Positions 1-10,103 of a DNA stretch of 64,000 nucleotides are shown here, in pieces. The stretch's first letter is position 1. The number at the start of each line of letters is the position of its first letter. Made by a program: the position numbers and the translations under genes. This stretch comes from Syntrophales bacterium (GTDB lineage: Bacteria; Desulfobacterota; Syntrophia; Syntrophales; PHBD01). The stretch lies in the NCBI GenBank assembly GCA_963668175.1, contig OY764159.1, forward strand, positions 2,720,001 through 2,784,000. Reading direction: 5' to 3'. The notes under the pieces were generated by a model, which made no database searches, was not told the DNA's origin, and worked only from the letters and a program-made list of their open reading frames with translations.

Positions 1-2
1 GC

Positions 3-479
3 TCATTTAAAATCAAAGAACTCTATGCTGCGGCGGTTTGCGATGATTGCACCAGAATCACCTATGCCGAAATTATCAAGGATAAAAAGGCTTCAACCTT
101 GACTTATTTCATGGCTCGTTCGTTCTCCTGGTTTAAACAGATATACAATTTTGAGTATGAGGCCGTCATGTCCGATAATGGACCCGAATTCAAAGGAACC
201 TTGGAACGTGAACATCCCTTTGAAACGATGTGCCAGGAATTGGGCATCAAGCATGTCTATACTAGGCCCTATCGACCGCAGACCAATGGAAAGATTGAGG
301 CCTTTTTCCGAATTTTAAAAGAGGAGTTTTGCTATTCAAATACCTTCGATTCAGAACAGGATCTCGTCATGAATCTTGGGAATTTTCTCTTCGAATACAA
401 TCATCTCCGCAGGCATGGTGGATTGAATTATGAAACTCCTTTTGATAAACTACAAAAAGTTACCGAATTAGTGAGCTAG
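3..479 (+). CDS. IS481-family transposase, C-terminal integrase core (5' truncated by window edge)
   Basis: Frame is open from base 3; motifs DDCTR, SDNGPEF, RPYRPQTNGKIE, YNHLRRHGGL are typical of rve/IS481 DDE transposases; element ends in ...TAGTACA at 483 (TGT terminus). Confidence 0.85.
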   Translation, partial: SFKIKELYAAAVCDDCTRITYAEIIKDKKASTLTYFMARSFSWFKQIYNFEYEAVMSDNGPEFKGTLEREHPFETMCQELGIKHVYTRPYRPQTNGKIEAFFRILKEEFCYSNTFDSEQDLVMNLGNFLFEYNHLRRHGGLNYETPFDKLQKVTELVS

Positions 480-570
480 TACAACGGTTCTATTTATCGG
501 CTGCGTCAGCCATACGCGGCCGTTCTTTCGAAGAATTCAAACGTTCCTTTTGAATCGCGCGATAAGTTGA

Positions 571-837
571 CTAGTACACATTTTTGCGATGGCCGACTTT
601 GACCACAATGACGAATAGCCGCCGATCTTCGATCTTACAGATCAACCGATAGTCGCCGATACGGTAGCGCCAGTATTTTCCCAACTCCGGGCCCTTGAGC
701 GGCTCCCCGATCGTGCGGGGATCATCAAGAGGCTTTATCCTGCTTTCCAGGAACTTGAGTATTCGGCGGATCGTCTGACGGTCCAGGGCTTCAAGATCTT
801 TTTCGGCCTGGGGCAGGAATTCAATCTTCCAGGCCAT
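571..837 (-). CDS. relE: Type II toxin, RelE/StbE family mRNA interferase
   Basis: 88 aa; GEPLKG...WRYRIGDYRLIC...VKVGHRKNVY signature. Confidence 0.92.
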   Translation of the reverse strand: MAWKIEFLPQAEKDLEALDRQTIRRILKFLESRIKPLDDPRTIGEPLKGPELGKYWRYRIGDYRLICKIEDRRLFVIVVKVGHRKNVY

Positions 838-1039
838 ATTTTTTCACCAACTCGTCAAGCGGTATCGTCTTGGACTGATCGAATGTCTGCATCCGTTCTT
901 CTGAGAGGTAAAAATCTTCCAGATCATCGATGTATGAAACAACCGCTTCCCGAACGTAATGGGTCTTGGTGCGTCCCGTGCGGCTGGAGAGTTTGGCCAG
1001 GCGGCTTTCGATCTCTGACGGCAATCTTACGGCAATCAT
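821..1039 (-). CDS. Ribbon-helix-helix antitoxin (RelB-like)
   Basis: MIAVRLPSEIESRL...TGRTKTHYVREA; AGGAGG RBS just upstream of ATG 1039; overlaps the toxin start. Confidence 0.88.
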   Translation of the reverse strand: MIAVRLPSEIESRLAKLSSRTGRTKTHYVREAVVSYIDDLEDFYLSEERMQTFDQSKTIPLDELVKKYGLED

Positions 1040-1050
1040 GTATGAATCCT

Positions 1051-1074
1051 CCTTGATATACATGTATATCAAGG
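1051..1074. promoter_or_regulatory. 24-bp perfect palindrome, probable TA autoregulatory operator
   Basis: CCTTGATATACATGTATATCAAGG lies directly upstream of the antitoxin RBS. Confidence 0.75.
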
Positions 1075-1300
1075 GCTGACGGATAAGTCAAGGGGCATAC
1101 AAAAAAATGGGGACAACCGCCCCATTTTTTGCTTTTTGAGCGGGTTGCGACTCTGAGCGATGTCTTGGTTTGAAAGTCAAGAAAAGTCAAAGATGGACCT
1201 ATTCCCTGAATATCGGTTCGATATTCGATTTATTCATTTTTGTATGAGGATTCAATTGGCGAAGGTTCTTTTCGGAAGGGACTGACGAAACGGCTGATCG

Positions 1301-1333
1301 AGAAGGTAGGAAGCGTAAAGCTTCCTACCTTCT
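1301..1333. repeat. 14-bp perfect inverted repeat (hairpin)
   Basis: AGAAGGTAGGAAGC-gtaaa-GCTTCCTACCTTCT. Confidence 0.8.
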
Positions 1334-1442
1334 AATGGATTGGTTTATTTCGACCATCCAAGGAGTGTGAATTCTGACACTCTCATCGCTTGGGATCAAG
1401 GAGGCGGAAAGTCCGCTGCTTCACGCCTTCTTGTATGTCAGC

Positions 1443-1568
1443 TTATCTCAACCAGTCGGGGAGCGTGAAGTCGGATAAGCTGCCGACGTCGTCTTTTATC
1501 TTTCCCTCTTTCTTTACAGATTTTCCTTTCTCTTTGGATTTTCTCGTTTTGTCGCCTGTTTTTAACAT
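1443..1568 (-). CDS. Putative 41-aa Lys-rich small protein (not in the ORF track)
   Basis: AGGAG RBS then MLKTGDKTRKSKEKGKSVKKEGKIKDDVGSLSDFTLPDWLR*. Confidence 0.4.
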   Translation of the reverse strand: MLKTGDKTRKSKEKGKSVKKEGKIKDDVGSLSDFTLPDWLR

Positions 1569-2239
1569 AATCATCATCTCCTATCTTTTCTTTTGCCAGG
1601 ATTGATGCTCCGTTGAGACCTGCCCGATGGTAGCGGCTGCTTCTGTCTCCCGGCATCGTTTTCCTGGATTATCGTTCCGGGGATTGCATTCGATTTTCTC
1701 TGCAAACGTTTGTCGCGGTTTTAATGTTTCCCCGCGACTCTCTTTCTGACGGCTTTAGGATGATCCCGAACGTAGCGATTAACAATCAGACGAAATCTGA
1801 ATATGTAATCAGCCAAAGGTGCTTATCCGTATCGGAACCAAACGACACGAAGGATCAGGCTTAGTCTGATGAAATACCTTATATGATAGAAGGATTGCGT
1901 CTGAGAATGGATTGCCCGCACGGATAATAGGCTCTACTGGTTGATAATGCGCCGAGATCGGAGAGAAATGCCGTATTCGGGATATTGCGGCGGGAAGTCG
2001 ACGGTCACGGCTTGTACCGACAATGTCTTCGTTTCCGGCGGAAAGAAAACGGCGGAGAATAAAGCGGAATATTCGGTAGGACAACGGGATGCATGTTTGA
2101 TCGGATTTTATCTGATCCGCCCCTTTTTTGATTCAATATGGAAAGGTTTGGACTTTCCGACGAGGGGATAATACATTGGCGGCTACTTCACGCGCCGGAG
2201 ATGCCTAAACCTATCTGAGAGACCAAAGGACTGGACAAA

Positions 2240-2785
2240 ATGAAAGAGTTGAACAATCTGAGACTTAAGACAAATCACCTTGAGTTAATCGCTGCGACAT
2301 TGGAACATATCTGCAAAGAGCTGGAATCTCCTGAACATCTTGCCGCTTTATTGGGAGCACAGGTGGAACCGGGATGGCCGCCGGGTGAGTATGACCGCGA
2401 TGCCCAGGAATTCTTCCGGGATTGTCTTCAATGCTGGGGTATATCCGTTGTCGGGTGGTATGGTTGGTATGCCGTCCTGCGAGAAGGACCAAGCAAGTCC
2501 TCCACGCTGGTGGGAGCAGGCGGGTATTTTGGCCCTCCGGGTAAAGACGGAGAAGTGGAGATCGGTTTTTCCATGATGCCTTCCTGGCGGAATTTAGGAT
2601 ACGCAACGGAAATAGCTGGAGCGCTCATTGTTAATGCGTTCAACGATGCGCGAGTACAAAAAGTCATTGCTCACGCATCAGCTGAAAATGCAGCATCGAT
2701 AAAGGTTCTCATGAAATGTGGTTTATGTCGTGTATGCAGGGACCAAGAATCAGGTGAGGATCTTTTTGAAATATCGAGGAGCTGA
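2240..2785 (+). CDS. GNAT N-acetyltransferase, RimJ/RimL family
   Basis: EVEIGFSMMPSWRNLGYATE and ENAASIKVLMKCG motifs. Confidence 0.88.
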   Translation: MKELNNLRLKTNHLELIAATLEHICKELESPEHLAALLGAQVEPGWPPGEYDRDAQEFFRDCLQCWGISVVGWYGWYAVLREGPSKSSTLVGAGGYFGPPGKDGEVEIGFSMMPSWRNLGYATEIAGALIVNAFNDARVQKVIAHASAENAASIKVLMKCGLCRVCRDQESGEDLFEISRS

Positions 2786-2884
2786 TAATGGATGTAATGA
2801 GGACCGTTGTTCCCTTGTTGCCCGCCCCTGCCGGGGCGGGCGGGCCGGAGAAGATGCCGGCATATGGGATGCGGCCTGAAAAGC

Positions 2885-3607
2885 TCAGTACCGCCAGATG
2901 GCGTTGTCCATGCCGATGACGAGGGGGACGCCGGTGTGGCTCACCGTAATGCGGTGGCCGCGGCCGCCGCCGGGAAGCTGGGTCCATACGGAGCCGTTGT
3001 GGTAATAGATGGCGTCGTCCATGCCGATGACCCAGGCATTGCCCCGCCCGTCCACGGCGATGTCCTTGCCCTTGCCGCCGCCGGGGAGCTGCACCCAGCC
3101 GCTGCCGGTGCCCTTGTAAATGCCGTTGTCCGTGCCGATGACGAAGGGCGTGCCGTTATGGCTCACGGCGATGGCGAAACCCTTCCCGCTGCCGGGATAC
3201 TGGGTCCAGGTGGAGCCGTTGTGATAGTAGATGCCGTCGTCCATGCCGATGACCCAGGCATTGCCGCGTCCGTCCACGGCGATGTCCTTGCCCCTGCCGC
3301 CGCCGGGAAGCTGCGTCCAGCCGTTGCCGGTGCCCTTGTAGATGCCGTTGTCCGTGCCGATGACGAAAGGCGTGCCGTGGGAGGTGACGGCGATGGCGTA
3401 GCCCTTGCCGCCCCCGGGATACTGCTGCCAGCCGCCGCCGTTATGGAAGTAGATGCCCAGGTCGGACCCGATGGTCCAGGCCGTCGAGATGCCGCCGCTT
3501 ACGGCGACGTCCTTGCCGATGCCCCCCAGCGACTTCCAGTCCGCATGGGCCGCCGCGGCGATGTGGAGAACGAGCAACATCGTCAACCAGAATAACGTCT
3601 TTTTCAT
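2885..3607 (-). CDS. Secreted tectonin-like beta-propeller protein (putative lectin)
   Basis: Signal peptide followed by six ~37-aa repeats (WxQxPGGGxGxxIAV...WVIGxDxxIY); 222-bp DNA periodicity. Confidence 0.75.
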   Translation of the reverse strand: MKKTLFWLTMLLVLHIAAAAHADWKSLGGIGKDVAVSGGISTAWTIGSDLGIYFHNGGGWQQYPGGGKGYAIAVTSHGTPFVIGTDNGIYKGTGNGWTQLPGGGRGKDIAVDGRGNAWVIGMDDGIYYHNGSTWTQYPGSGKGFAIAVSHNGTPFVIGTDNGIYKGTGSGWVQLPGGGKGKDIAVDGRGNAWVIGMDDAIYYHNGSVWTQLPGGGRGHRITVSHTGVPLVIGMDNAIWRY

Positions 3608-3900
3608 AAATCGTTGTCCTTTCTCGTAGTCTGAAAGAGTAACCTTCCGCCATTTGTTGCGTCTGTGCCGTTATAACGGCTTACACTGTATGATGAGGGC
3701 GATATGATAGGCGAATTGACCGCCGCCGTCAATATAAATGCGACGCGGGCATAGCAGGAAAACAGCAGGGGCAAGGACAGACGGCGTGACGCTTTTCGGA
3801 CGGCGCAAACGAAACGCTAGGCGCGCCGGGTACGTGTCCCCGGTTCCGGGGCGGCGTTGAAGCGACGGCGGATAGAAGAGAGCGTTGCGGCCGCCGTTTC

Positions 3901-4251
3901 CTAGGGGCGGCCTTCGGTTGCGCAGCGCAAACGCCGGACCAGGGCGAGAAGCGCCAGGGAAAGGCGGCGCACGCTGTAGCCTTCAAGGTCCGTCAGGGGG
4001 TCGATGTCCCTGGTGAAGACGTCGTTCAGGCCGAGGAGGTTCGCTTCGATTTCGTCGAGGACGGCGCCCGTGTCGGGGCTGCCTTTGCGGCCGAGTTCCG
4101 TCAGACGCGCGGCGACGCCGGTAAGGTAAAGCCAGCGGTTCTGCGGGGCCGGGCCTTCCGCCGCAAGCCCTTCGGCGGGGACGCCGGGATCGGTTCCCTC
4201 GGATTTGAGGGCGCGGCGGTCGCAGCGGTTCTGGGGCGGTTTTGTCTTCAT
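3901..4251 (-). CDS. Hypothetical protein
   Basis: 116-aa ORF with plausible helical composition. Confidence 0.45.
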   Translation of the reverse strand: MKTKPPQNRCDRRALKSEGTDPGVPAEGLAAEGPAPQNRWLYLTGVAARLTELGRKGSPDTGAVLDEIEANLLGLNDVFTRDIDPLTDLEGYSVRRLSLALLALVRRLRCATEGRP

Positions 4252-4414
4252 CTCACTTTTATTCAGCCATGGGGCGCCCCGCGGGACGGCGGGTTCGCTT
4301 GCGATGCGGCGAGTCTAGGACGAACGGCCTGTTTTGTCAATGCGGTCCGGGCGTCTTCCCGGGGTTGCTTCGTCCGGCGGCGCGTGGTATGGTAGCTGCA
4401 AGGAGTGTTGCACC

Positions 4415-4735
4415 ATGACGCTGAAAAAGGCAAAGACCCTGGCCTTGATGCTTGCGGGACTGTTCTTCCTGACGGCCCTTCACGCCGTTTCTGCGGCGGG
4501 GCAGACGGATGTCCTGCGCGCGACGGGCAAGATGTACAAGGCGGCCCATGCCGCCGCCCCCGCCGTCGCCGCCAAGCAGAAGAAGGACAGGGGCGATCAT
4601 GCCGCCGCGTGGGAACAGCGGACGGCCGCGCCTTGCCTGCCCGACGCGGGCGCACCCGCCGTCATGCGGGAAGAGGTGCGCTCCCCGGAAAGCGTTGCTC
4701 CGTTATCGAACAAAGACCCGCCGTTACCAACCTGA
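4415..4735 (+). CDS. Hypothetical secreted protein
   Basis: AGGAG RBS; MTLKKAKTLALMLAGLFFLTALHA signal peptide. Confidence 0.55.
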   Translation: MTLKKAKTLALMLAGLFFLTALHAVSAAGQTDVLRATGKMYKAAHAAAPAVAAKQKKDRGDHAAAWEQRTAAPCLPDAGAPAVMREEVRSPESVAPLSNKDPPLPT

Positions 4736-4898
4736 TAGACATCACCCATTTTCACAGGCCTGAATAGTCCCGCATCCGGCGTTGCCCGGCACGATTCGTG
4801 CTGCCGAAGACAGAAGGATGCGAGGACGTACGCATTCCCCCAGGTGTTCGGCGCGCCGGCGCCGGAAACATCCGCATCCATCGGGTAAGGAGGTCGGT

Positions 4899-5021
4899 AT
4901 GTCCGATTTTATGATGGAATTGTTGGTTCTCGGCGGGCTTCTGCTGTTGTTCGTTCCCGTCGCCTATAAAATGATCCGGAAGGGCGGGGAGCCCGGCCGG
5001 GAGGACCCGGACAAAGGATAG
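4899..5021 (+). CDS. Small single-pass membrane protein
   Basis: AAGGAGG RBS; MSDFMMELLVLGGLLLLFVPVAYK. Confidence 0.5.
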   Translation: MSDFMMELLVLGGLLLLFVPVAYKMIRKGGEPGREDPDKG

Positions 5022-5056
5022 ACGGGTCCACAAAAAAAAGAAAGGAGTACCCGAGC

Positions 5057-5593
5057 ATGCGAAAATGCCGTGTCGTTCTGGTCGTGGCGTCTTTCATGGT
5101 CATTATAACGTCTTGCCAGGAAAGCGGGAAGCCGCCCGGTGCAGCCGGAACGGCCGGCGTTTTCGATGCCGGGCGCCTGACGATCAAGGATGCCGACAGC
5201 GTCCGGAAGGTGAAGGGGCAGGTCCTCTACGTGCCCGTCTATTCCAATCTGCCGTGCAAGATGGAAACGACGGTGGACCTGAGCGCCCTCATCGCCATCC
5301 ACAATACCGACCTGCAACGGCCGATCCGGGTCGCCAAGGTGCTTTACTTCGACAACGACGGAAAGCTCGTGAGCGATTTCGTCTCCAGCGATATCGTCCT
5401 GGGGCCCCTGGCGGCGACGCATTTCCGGGTCCCGCGGAGGGACAGGAGCGGGACGGGCGCGAACTTCCTCGTCGAATGGCTGGCCGACGGGCCCGTGACG
5501 GAGCCGGTCGTCGAGTCGGTCATGATCGATTGCGACACGTGCAGCGGCCTGTCCTTTCCGAGCAGGGGCCGGGTGATCCGGGAGATCAGGTAG
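5057..5593 (+). CDS. DUF3124-family lipoprotein
   Basis: Lipobox-like ITSC; GQVLYVPVYS, IHNTD, SGTGANFLVEW, PVVESVMI motifs. Confidence 0.85.
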   Translation: MRKCRVVLVVASFMVIITSCQESGKPPGAAGTAGVFDAGRLTIKDADSVRKVKGQVLYVPVYSNLPCKMETTVDLSALIAIHNTDLQRPIRVAKVLYFDNDGKLVSDFVSSDIVLGPLAATHFRVPRRDRSGTGANFLVEWLADGPVTEPVVESVMIDCDTCSGLSFPSRGRVIREIR

Positions 5594-5665
5594 GCCGACG
5601 GATCTCTTCCGGGGCCGGAAGGGGCGCGCAAACGGCGGAGAGCTTACGGAGATGCAATTTCCCCC

Positions 5666-5694
5666 TTGACAATCCGGGCGGGGATGAACAGAAT
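5666..5694 (+). promoter_or_regulatory. Putative sigma70 promoter
   Basis: TTGACA-N17-CAGAAT upstream of the ORF at 5800. Confidence 0.45.
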
Positions 5695-5799
5695 AGGGTT
5701 AAACGTTTCAAAAAAAATATGCAGGGCCGTGCGCCGGGACGCGGACAGAAAAAAACCGGGGCATGAAGGGTCTATAACGCAAAGCGACAAGAGGCGACC

Positions 5800-6099
5800 A
5801 TGAGCAGCGAAGAAGTGAGGATAGGGTCCATCATCGGCCTGGAAGAGGCCGGCGAAGACGGCGTCCTCGTGATCAAGGAGAAGAAAAGCAAGGATATCGT
5901 CAAGGTGCCGTGCAACAGGCTGGGGGTCATGATTGCCCTTCAGCAGAAATTCGGGAACGTCATCACCGAAGGCTGGGGCCTGGTGCCGAACGGCGGCCAC
6001 GTGGGGAAGGTCATCGCCTGGGAGTGCGACGACGACGGCGAACTCGTCGGCTTCACGCCGGTGGAGGACTGGCTCTCCGGCGCCAAACGGAAGAACTGA
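5800..6099 (+). CDS. Hypothetical protein
   Basis: 99 aa, GAGG RBS, followed by a terminator. Confidence 0.65.
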   Translation: MSSEEVRIGSIIGLEEAGEDGVLVIKEKKSKDIVKVPCNRLGVMIALQQKFGNVITEGWGLVPNGGHVGKVIAWECDDDGELVGFTPVEDWLSGAKRKN

Positions 6100-6129
6100 C
6101 GGGACAGGTACAAGAAAATCGAAATGATT

Positions 6130-6165
6130 GGGCTGACACGGCAAAGCGCCGGTCAGCCCTTTTTT
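6130..6165 (+). terminator. Intrinsic terminator
   Basis: GGGCTGAC...GTCAGCCC followed by T6. Confidence 0.7.
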
Positions 6166-6285
6166 AGGTCGGGAAAAGAGTATCCGCAGTCATGAACAGG
6201 CTATGTAATACGGGGCCGCTCAACTTGTTCCGCTGCGCACCGCTCAACTGTTGCCTGATCCGGCCCCGGCGGGATGTACGGCCGT

Positions 6286-7143
6286 TTATCCGGCTGAGAC
6301 ACTCGATTGCTCCTTTTTTTTATCGGTTGCGGACGGTTCTTTGGTCTTGTCCACGGCGGAAATGCTGGCTATGATCGACGGCGCCCACTTTTCGCTCGCG
6401 CCCGCAACGAAAGCCATCAGCATGATGCTCCAGTTCGCCTCGGCCGATTTCGATATGAACGGAAGGATGATCCCCGTTTTTACGACCAGGGCAGCAAGAA
6501 CACCCGAAATGCATCCCGTCAGTATTTTGAAGCCGCCTTCGGCGTAATGCAGCATCTTTCCCGATGCAATGTCCAGTTCAGCCTTTCCCATTCTCAGGAG
6601 GATGGATAACAATGCGCCAAGACAGCCGGACGCGCTTGCCATCAGGACCATGAAAACTCCTTCACTCAAAAAAGGCAGCAGGGAGGATCGATGCAGCCAG
6701 AATATGCAGCCTGTGAACAAAACACAGAGCGATACCGCCCCGCACCCGGTGAGATACCACAGCCGCGCCCTTTCATTGTATCGTGTTGAGATAAAATTAT
6801 TCGCTCTATCGAGTGTTTTTCTGGCAATGTCGTAATCGCCATCCAGGGTCCTTGCCATCGCCTCGCCAATCATGATTCGGAATTGCAGCTTAACGCTTTC
6901 GTCGAAATCTCCACTCGGCATGATCTCCTTGACGGCCGCCTCGTTCAGGATTTCGTTATGCGCTTCCGGGCATTTAGGTTTTCTTCGGTCGTACGCTACG
7001 GATGTGTCATAGTGTACCACGCCGTCCGTGCCGACATAAACGACGAAATCTTTGTTGGCCATGACAAGATACTGCCAGTTCAACTTGTTCAGATAGTCGT
7101 CGTCGTCTAGGCTTGATTCACGTCGTTGCTTGTCTTTTATCAT
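6286..7143 (-). CDS. Hypothetical membrane protein (soluble N-terminus plus ~4 TM)
   Basis: GGAGG RBS; four hydrophobic segments; AFVAGASEKWAP motif. Confidence 0.7.
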   Translation of the reverse strand: MIKDKQRRESSLDDDDYLNKLNWQYLVMANKDFVVYVGTDGVVHYDTSVAYDRRKPKCPEAHNEILNEAAVKEIMPSGDFDESVKLQFRIMIGEAMARTLDGDYDIARKTLDRANNFISTRYNERARLWYLTGCGAVSLCVLFTGCIFWLHRSSLLPFLSEGVFMVLMASASGCLGALLSILLRMGKAELDIASGKMLHYAEGGFKILTGCISGVLAALVVKTGIILPFISKSAEANWSIMLMAFVAGASEKWAPSIIASISAVDKTKEPSATDKKKEQSSVSAG

Positions 7144-7306
7144 AGTGAACCTCCAAAATAACGAGAAGGTTCTGCATACGCTTTTCCGTTACCATTATGC
7201 CTTGATCCATAGTTTCCTGAGCTGCGCATCGCCGCCGTCGACCTTGTCCCGTTCGCTGTGTCCCATGCCGTTGACGCGATGCGGCTCGGGGCCGACGGCT
7301 ATCGCG

Positions 7307-8473
7307 CTACATCGCCACGAAGCCTTCCTTGATGTTGAAGACGTTGCCCGTACCCTTGTATTGCATCAGGCGGACGTAATGGCGTTTCTGCTTCGGGGCT
7401 TCCTCGGTTTCCACGTAGGTGTAGATGCCGTTATTATCGTCGCACCACGCGCCGCAGTTGGCGTAGATGTCGTCCCAGGGCGTTTCACTGTCGTGGTTGG
7501 GGTTGTCCGGCACGGGGCCCAACTCGTACCGCAGCATCGTCGGGGTGTGCGTATGCCCGAAGATCACGATATGCTGGCTGTTTTGAGAGCCGTTCTTGCG
7601 GTAATAGTCCCTGGCCGCGATGTCGAGATTGTCGCAATCGCTCTCGACGGCCGTGATGGCACCGGATTTTCCTTTCGCGCCTTCCCATTGCTTGAATAGG
7701 TTCTTATATTCGTCGCCGATTGCCTGGGCCGTCTTTTTGGCCGGGTATCCTGCGATGCCGCTCAAGTTGACTTCGGCGGGAGTCAGGTTTGCGTCCTTGG
7801 CGATCGACTCCATCATGGCCTCGATGAACCGTTGGTCGTCCTTGTGATCCCTGATGTAATAGTAGAGCATCTTGAAGTAGTTCTTTTCCTTGCCCTCGTT
7901 GAATACCTTGTACGTGATCATGCGCGTGATGAAGTAGCCGAGAGGAAGGAACGACTTGCCGGGATTCGTCCAGGTGTCGGGCGAATTGAACATGCCGTAG
8001 CGGTGGCCGTGCTCAGCGGTGAGGGTGCCGATATTATAGGTTCCCAGAGGGACGTTCTTCTCGCTGATGAAGATCATGCCGGGAAAGGTCGATTCGAAGA
8101 ACGATTTTATCTTCGGCATATCTGCGGGGTGCATGGCCATGTCGTGATTCCCTGGCACATAGGCGAGTTTGACTTCGGGGTATGCGGCCAGGGCTTTCAG
8201 ATTGTCGATAACCTTTTTGTTCGCCGTATTGGTGCAGATACTGTCGAAGGAAGTGAGGGGATCGAGCGTAGCCGGGATGACCCAGTTGTCGAAAAGGTCG
8301 CCGAGGATGACCACTTCCTTCACGTCTTTTGCGGTCCGCTGTTCGTCCAGAAATTGGGCCAGCAGTTCGATGCCCTGCGTGAACCAGCAGTACGGATGAT
8401 CGCTGCCCTTGCCTTGATCGTCGCCCATGTGAACGTCGCTGATAAAGATGCGTTTGGTCCTTACTCCTGCCAT
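7307..8473 (-). CDS. Calcineurin-like metallophosphoesterase
   Basis: FISDVHMG, ILGDLFD, VPGNHD, EHGH, IFGHTH motifs; AGGAGG RBS before ATG 8473. Confidence 0.88.
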   Translation of the reverse strand: MAGVRTKRIFISDVHMGDDQGKGSDHPYCWFTQGIELLAQFLDEQRTAKDVKEVVILGDLFDNWVIPATLDPLTSFDSICTNTANKKVIDNLKALAAYPEVKLAYVPGNHDMAMHPADMPKIKSFFESTFPGMIFISEKNVPLGTYNIGTLTAEHGHRYGMFNSPDTWTNPGKSFLPLGYFITRMITYKVFNEGKEKNYFKMLYYYIRDHKDDQRFIEAMMESIAKDANLTPAEVNLSGIAGYPAKKTAQAIGDEYKNLFKQWEGAKGKSGAITAVESDCDNLDIAARDYYRKNGSQNSQHIVIFGHTHTPTMLRYELGPVPDNPNHDSETPWDDIYANCGAWCDDNNGIYTYVETEEAPKQKRHYVRLMQYKGTGNVFNIKEGFVAM

Positions 8474-8537
8474 GGCTTTTGTTCCTCCTTTCCCGATTTG
8501 TGTGTCTTTTGATTTTTGTTCGACCCGCAACGCTTTG

Positions 8538-10103
8538 TCATTGTCCAATTGAAATCTGAATGGTCTGTATATCGTCCATGCTTTTGATGGCTGTCTTCGC
8601 GTCGGATTCAGCCTTTGCTTCGACCGCTAGTCTCGTGCTTTTATCGCCGATATTGAAAGATTTTATCGCCTTGTCTTTCTCCGCCTGGCTGCATGCAAAA
8701 ACGCACCAGGAAACTTTCTCCGCGGCCTTGCGGGCGATGACGCCGACGGCCGTCTCAATCAGCTTCGCGAGGGCTTCGTTATTGAGGGAGATCCAACTTG
8801 CGCCGCGAATGATTTGTCCGGTCGCGGTTGCAGCAAGGGATTCCGACAGATCGGCGTATTCGTTTACCGAAGCAAATTGTGCGGCTTCGATGATCTTACC
8901 GTCGTAACACTGAAAATCCGGATATTTATCAAATTGGCCAGCCTTTTTCGCTTTACAGGCGGTTGAGGTTGCATCAGCGGGCAACTGACCCAACGTATCG
9001 CCAAAAGCCTCTAAAAAGACTCTGACGACATCTGCACCCACCTGCGTAAAATCGATTTTCGCAGCCTGCAATCCGGTGTCCGAGAACGGGTCGATGGTTA
9101 TGGAAACTCCGGGGAATGCATATTTTGTCCCGCCGCGCGTGACAAACCCGCCATCCGTTGCCTTCGTCAGGAGATGGTATGTGTCGCCTTTTTCGGGTTT
9201 CAGGCCGATGATTGAATTCATCAGCTTAACGGCGAGTTTCTCCGCCAGCGCTTCGTCGGTGATTTTAAGTTTATCCTTGAGATCCTTTATCAGTTTGGCC
9301 TTGGTCGTCGTCGCATCGAAATCGATACTGACAAAATTGCCGTTTGAAAAATAGGCGGCGAGGTAGGCTTCAACGATCGTTAACTGAGCGACGGAAGATT
9401 GCATAACCGCTATTTCTCGCAGGTCGTCCGAGGATTTCACGGATTGCTTTCTCTTGTCTTCGAGTTGTCCTTGAAAGTGAAAGCGAAGCGAGGTCCAACC
9501 ATTAAAGTTTGTCGCCTGGTGAATGGATTTTGCGTATTGGCCTATTTCATGCCTGCTGATCGTCAGTGGCTCATTATCCGGTGGCGGGTCCTGAACTCCG
9601 GTCGCTATCTCGTAAAGATCCTTCAACTTGCCGGAAGTTGGATCTGTCAGAACGTCGCCAGCAAAAACGGCGGCCTTTGCGGTTTGTTCATTAGAGACAA
9701 AATCGAAAGGCAGCTTTCTGCCGGTTATGGCAAAGCCCTTTCTGGAATCGGCAACAGCCGCTCCCTTCTTAATAGTATCCGCCGTGACAGGATATTTCTT
9801 CATCAAAGACTTTAAGGTATTCGCCTCATCCTTAGGACTAATTCTGCTGCCGGAAGGCGCTGCGAGGGTGAACATTCTGGTTTTGTCATTCGCTGGGCAC
9901 ATGCCGCCGGGTTTACCCACGCAGTCGATGACCTGAGGCAATTTGTTTATGTAAGCGGTCAGATTGGTGGGGGCAGGCCGGGATGAAATGTAGTCTTGCG
10001 TTTGCATCACGAATGTCGAGCATGCCGACAACGACAAAGACGCCGTCAACAGCAGCGCCCAACGGGCAACTGAGAACAAGAATATTTTGCTTCGCTTCAT
10101 CAT
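8538..10103 (-). CDS. Hypothetical lipoprotein
   Basis: AGGAG RBS; MMKRSKIFL...LSLSAC lipobox. Confidence 0.7.
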   Translation of the reverse strand: MMKRSKIFLFSVARWALLLTASLSLSACSTFVMQTQDYISSRPAPTNLTAYINKLPQVIDCVGKPGGMCPANDKTRMFTLAAPSGSRISPKDEANTLKSLMKKYPVTADTIKKGAAVADSRKGFAITGRKLPFDFVSNEQTAKAAVFAGDVLTDPTSGKLKDLYEIATGVQDPPPDNEPLTISRHEIGQYAKSIHQATNFNGWTSLRFHFQGQLEDKRKQSVKSSDDLREIAVMQSSVAQLTIVEAYLAAYFSNGNFVSIDFDATTTKAKLIKDLKDKLKITDEALAEKLAVKLMNSIIGLKPEKGDTYHLLTKATDGGFVTRGGTKYAFPGVSITIDPFSDTGLQAAKIDFTQVGADVVRVFLEAFGDTLGQLPADATSTACKAKKAGQFDKYPDFQCYDGKIIEAAQFASVNEYADLSESLAATATGQIIRGASWISLNNEALAKLIETAVGVIARKAAEKVSWCVFACSQAEKDKAIKSFNIGDKSTRLAVEAKAESDAKTAIKSMDDIQTIQISIGQ

